From Candidatus Parcubacteria bacterium (GTDB taxonomy: Bacteria > Patescibacteriota > Minisyncoccia > Phycocordibacterales > Phycocordibacteraceae): a stretch of DNA of 61,553 nt. The stretch is taken from contig JAKFXG010000002.1 in the NCBI GenBank assembly GCA_021731495.1, forward strand, positions 1 to 61,553, read 5' to 3'. The notes below the pieces were generated by a model, which worked only from the letters and a program-made list of their open reading frames with translations, was not told the DNA's origin and ran no database searches. This document shows, in pieces, positions 60,858 to 61,553 of the stretch (the first letter of the stretch is position 1; each line of letters starts with the position of its first letter). A program made the translations under genes and the position numbers.

Positions 60858-61553
60858 TTAGCGGGCGAAGAACGGCCAGACCGCGTCGGTCTTTCGATAC
60901 CACGATGCGACTGTCGCGAAGCGATCTGCGGGGGTAATGATCTGCGGAAGAACGATGCCGCGGAGATCATGGGGTACGGCGTAAGTGAAACTTGGCGCAT
61001 AAATGAATGCGGCCGGGTAGTCTGCGGCTATGAGGTTCTCGATCTTCTGGAGATCCGCGGCACGGGTCCCTTTGTCGGCGGAACTACGTGCGTTCTCAAG
61101 AAGCGCGTCAACGGTCTTATTTGCGTACATCGCGATATTGAGACCCGGATCGTTCCGCTCCTGCGAATCCCAGAATGCATAGAGATCCTGGTCTCGGCCT
61201 ATCACCATGCCGTAGAGGAGCGCTTCGTACTTGCGCGGGCGGATGACGTTTTGCGAAAGGTCGCCCGGCTCGTAGAGTTCGACGTCAACCGGGATGCCGA
61301 GTCGCTCCCAATTCGTCTTAACCGCACTCGCGACGTTTTTCAACTCAGGCACATTCGAGGTGCGTATGGTGATGCGGTCGAGTGTTTGCTTTGCGGAGGC
61401 GTTCTTCCATGCGCGGAGAGCTCCATCATAGGTCCATCCGGATGCCTTGAGCACTTCTGCCGCCGCCGCTATCGAGTTTTCCGATTGGGGGACTGCGACT
61501 GCTGAATACCTTTCCCCGGCGGCACAGGACCCATAATCGGGGTCGCGTAACCG
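60858..61553 (-). CDS. ABC transporter substrate-binding protein, family 5 (peptide/nickel type), C-terminal part only
   Basis: The frame stays open to the window edge (no stop between 61454 and 61553). The pattern fits the family (..AEVLKASGW...). Confidence 0.7.
   Translation of the reverse strand, partial: RLRDPDYGSCAAGERYSAVAVPQSENSIAAAAEVLKASGWTYDGALRAWKNASAKQTLDRITIRTSNVPELKNVASAVKTNWERLGIPVDVELYEPGDLSQNVIRPRKYEALLYGMVIGRDQDLYAFWDSQERNDPGLNIAMYANKTVDALLENARSSADKGTRAADLQKIENLIAADYPAAFIYAPSFTYAVPHDLRGIVLPQIITPADRFATVASWYRKTDAVWPFFAR

Noticed and set aside
1-61553. Searched by eye for CRISPR arrays, rRNA genes, transposases, integrases other than Xer, reverse transcriptase/DGR template-variable repeat pairs, and toxin-antitoxin pairs.
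   Set aside because: None found. The only rRNA-like sequence is the short 16S-like fragment at 28243-28335.

Overview
This window looks like a chromosomal segment of a reduced-genome bacterium, and its features fit the Candidate Phyla Radiation (Patescibacteria/Parcubacteria-like). It uses the standard genetic code (TGA is a stop), none of its tRNA genes encodes the 3' CCA, and there is no L30 gene between rpsE and rplO. All calls come from reading the sequence and recalling family motifs; no database search was run. Contents, left to right:
- An AT-richer module with a TrmB-like regulator and an orphan gene.
- rarA, a prephenate dehydratase, four tRNA genes (Gly-UCC, Pro-UGG, Gly-GCC, Arg-UCG) and the CCA-adding enzyme.
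- xth, a Xer recombinase, rpsO, a NYN-domain protein, a DksA/TraR protein, ComM/YifB, a LysM-M23 peptidase, a UvrD-like helicase and rsmA.
- A four-gene cluster of secreted or polytopic membrane proteins of unknown function.
- The translation block, on the + strand: rpsL-rpsG-fusA-tuf-rpsJ, a 2-kb AT-richer island, then rplC through rplO-secY-adk-map-ndk.
- Two beta-CASP RNases, infC-rpmI-rplT, a secreted PLD-type nuclease, DedA, VKOR, Bcp, Nth, a MutY-like glycosylase, an MFS transporter, a histidine phosphatase, RNase J and a truncated solute-binding protein.

The most interesting signals are small nucleic-acid elements rather than genes:
1. A 54-60 nt double-hairpin palindromic element with five copies. 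Four sit in frame inside coding genes, and all four lengths are multiples of 3. Removing the copy in rsmA restores the canonical KSLGQNFL motif.
2. A roughly 260-nt unit bounded by terminators between rpsG and fusA. It carries two collinear blocks that closely resemble the 16S rRNA 5' domain.
3. An intact tRNA-Pro inside a 146-bp unit with perfect 16-bp inverted ends. That unit is nested inside a second tRNA-Pro copy that is broken into collinear pieces.
4. A 40-nt inverted repeat that exactly brackets tuf-rpsJ and belongs to a GCTTGCCCCGT hairpin family.
5. A structured leader plus terminator ending 20 nt upstream of a beta-CASP RNase start codon.
6. An 809-bp cassette flanked by perfect 51-bp direct repeats.

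No CRISPR array, rRNA gene, transposase or reverse transcriptase was seen.
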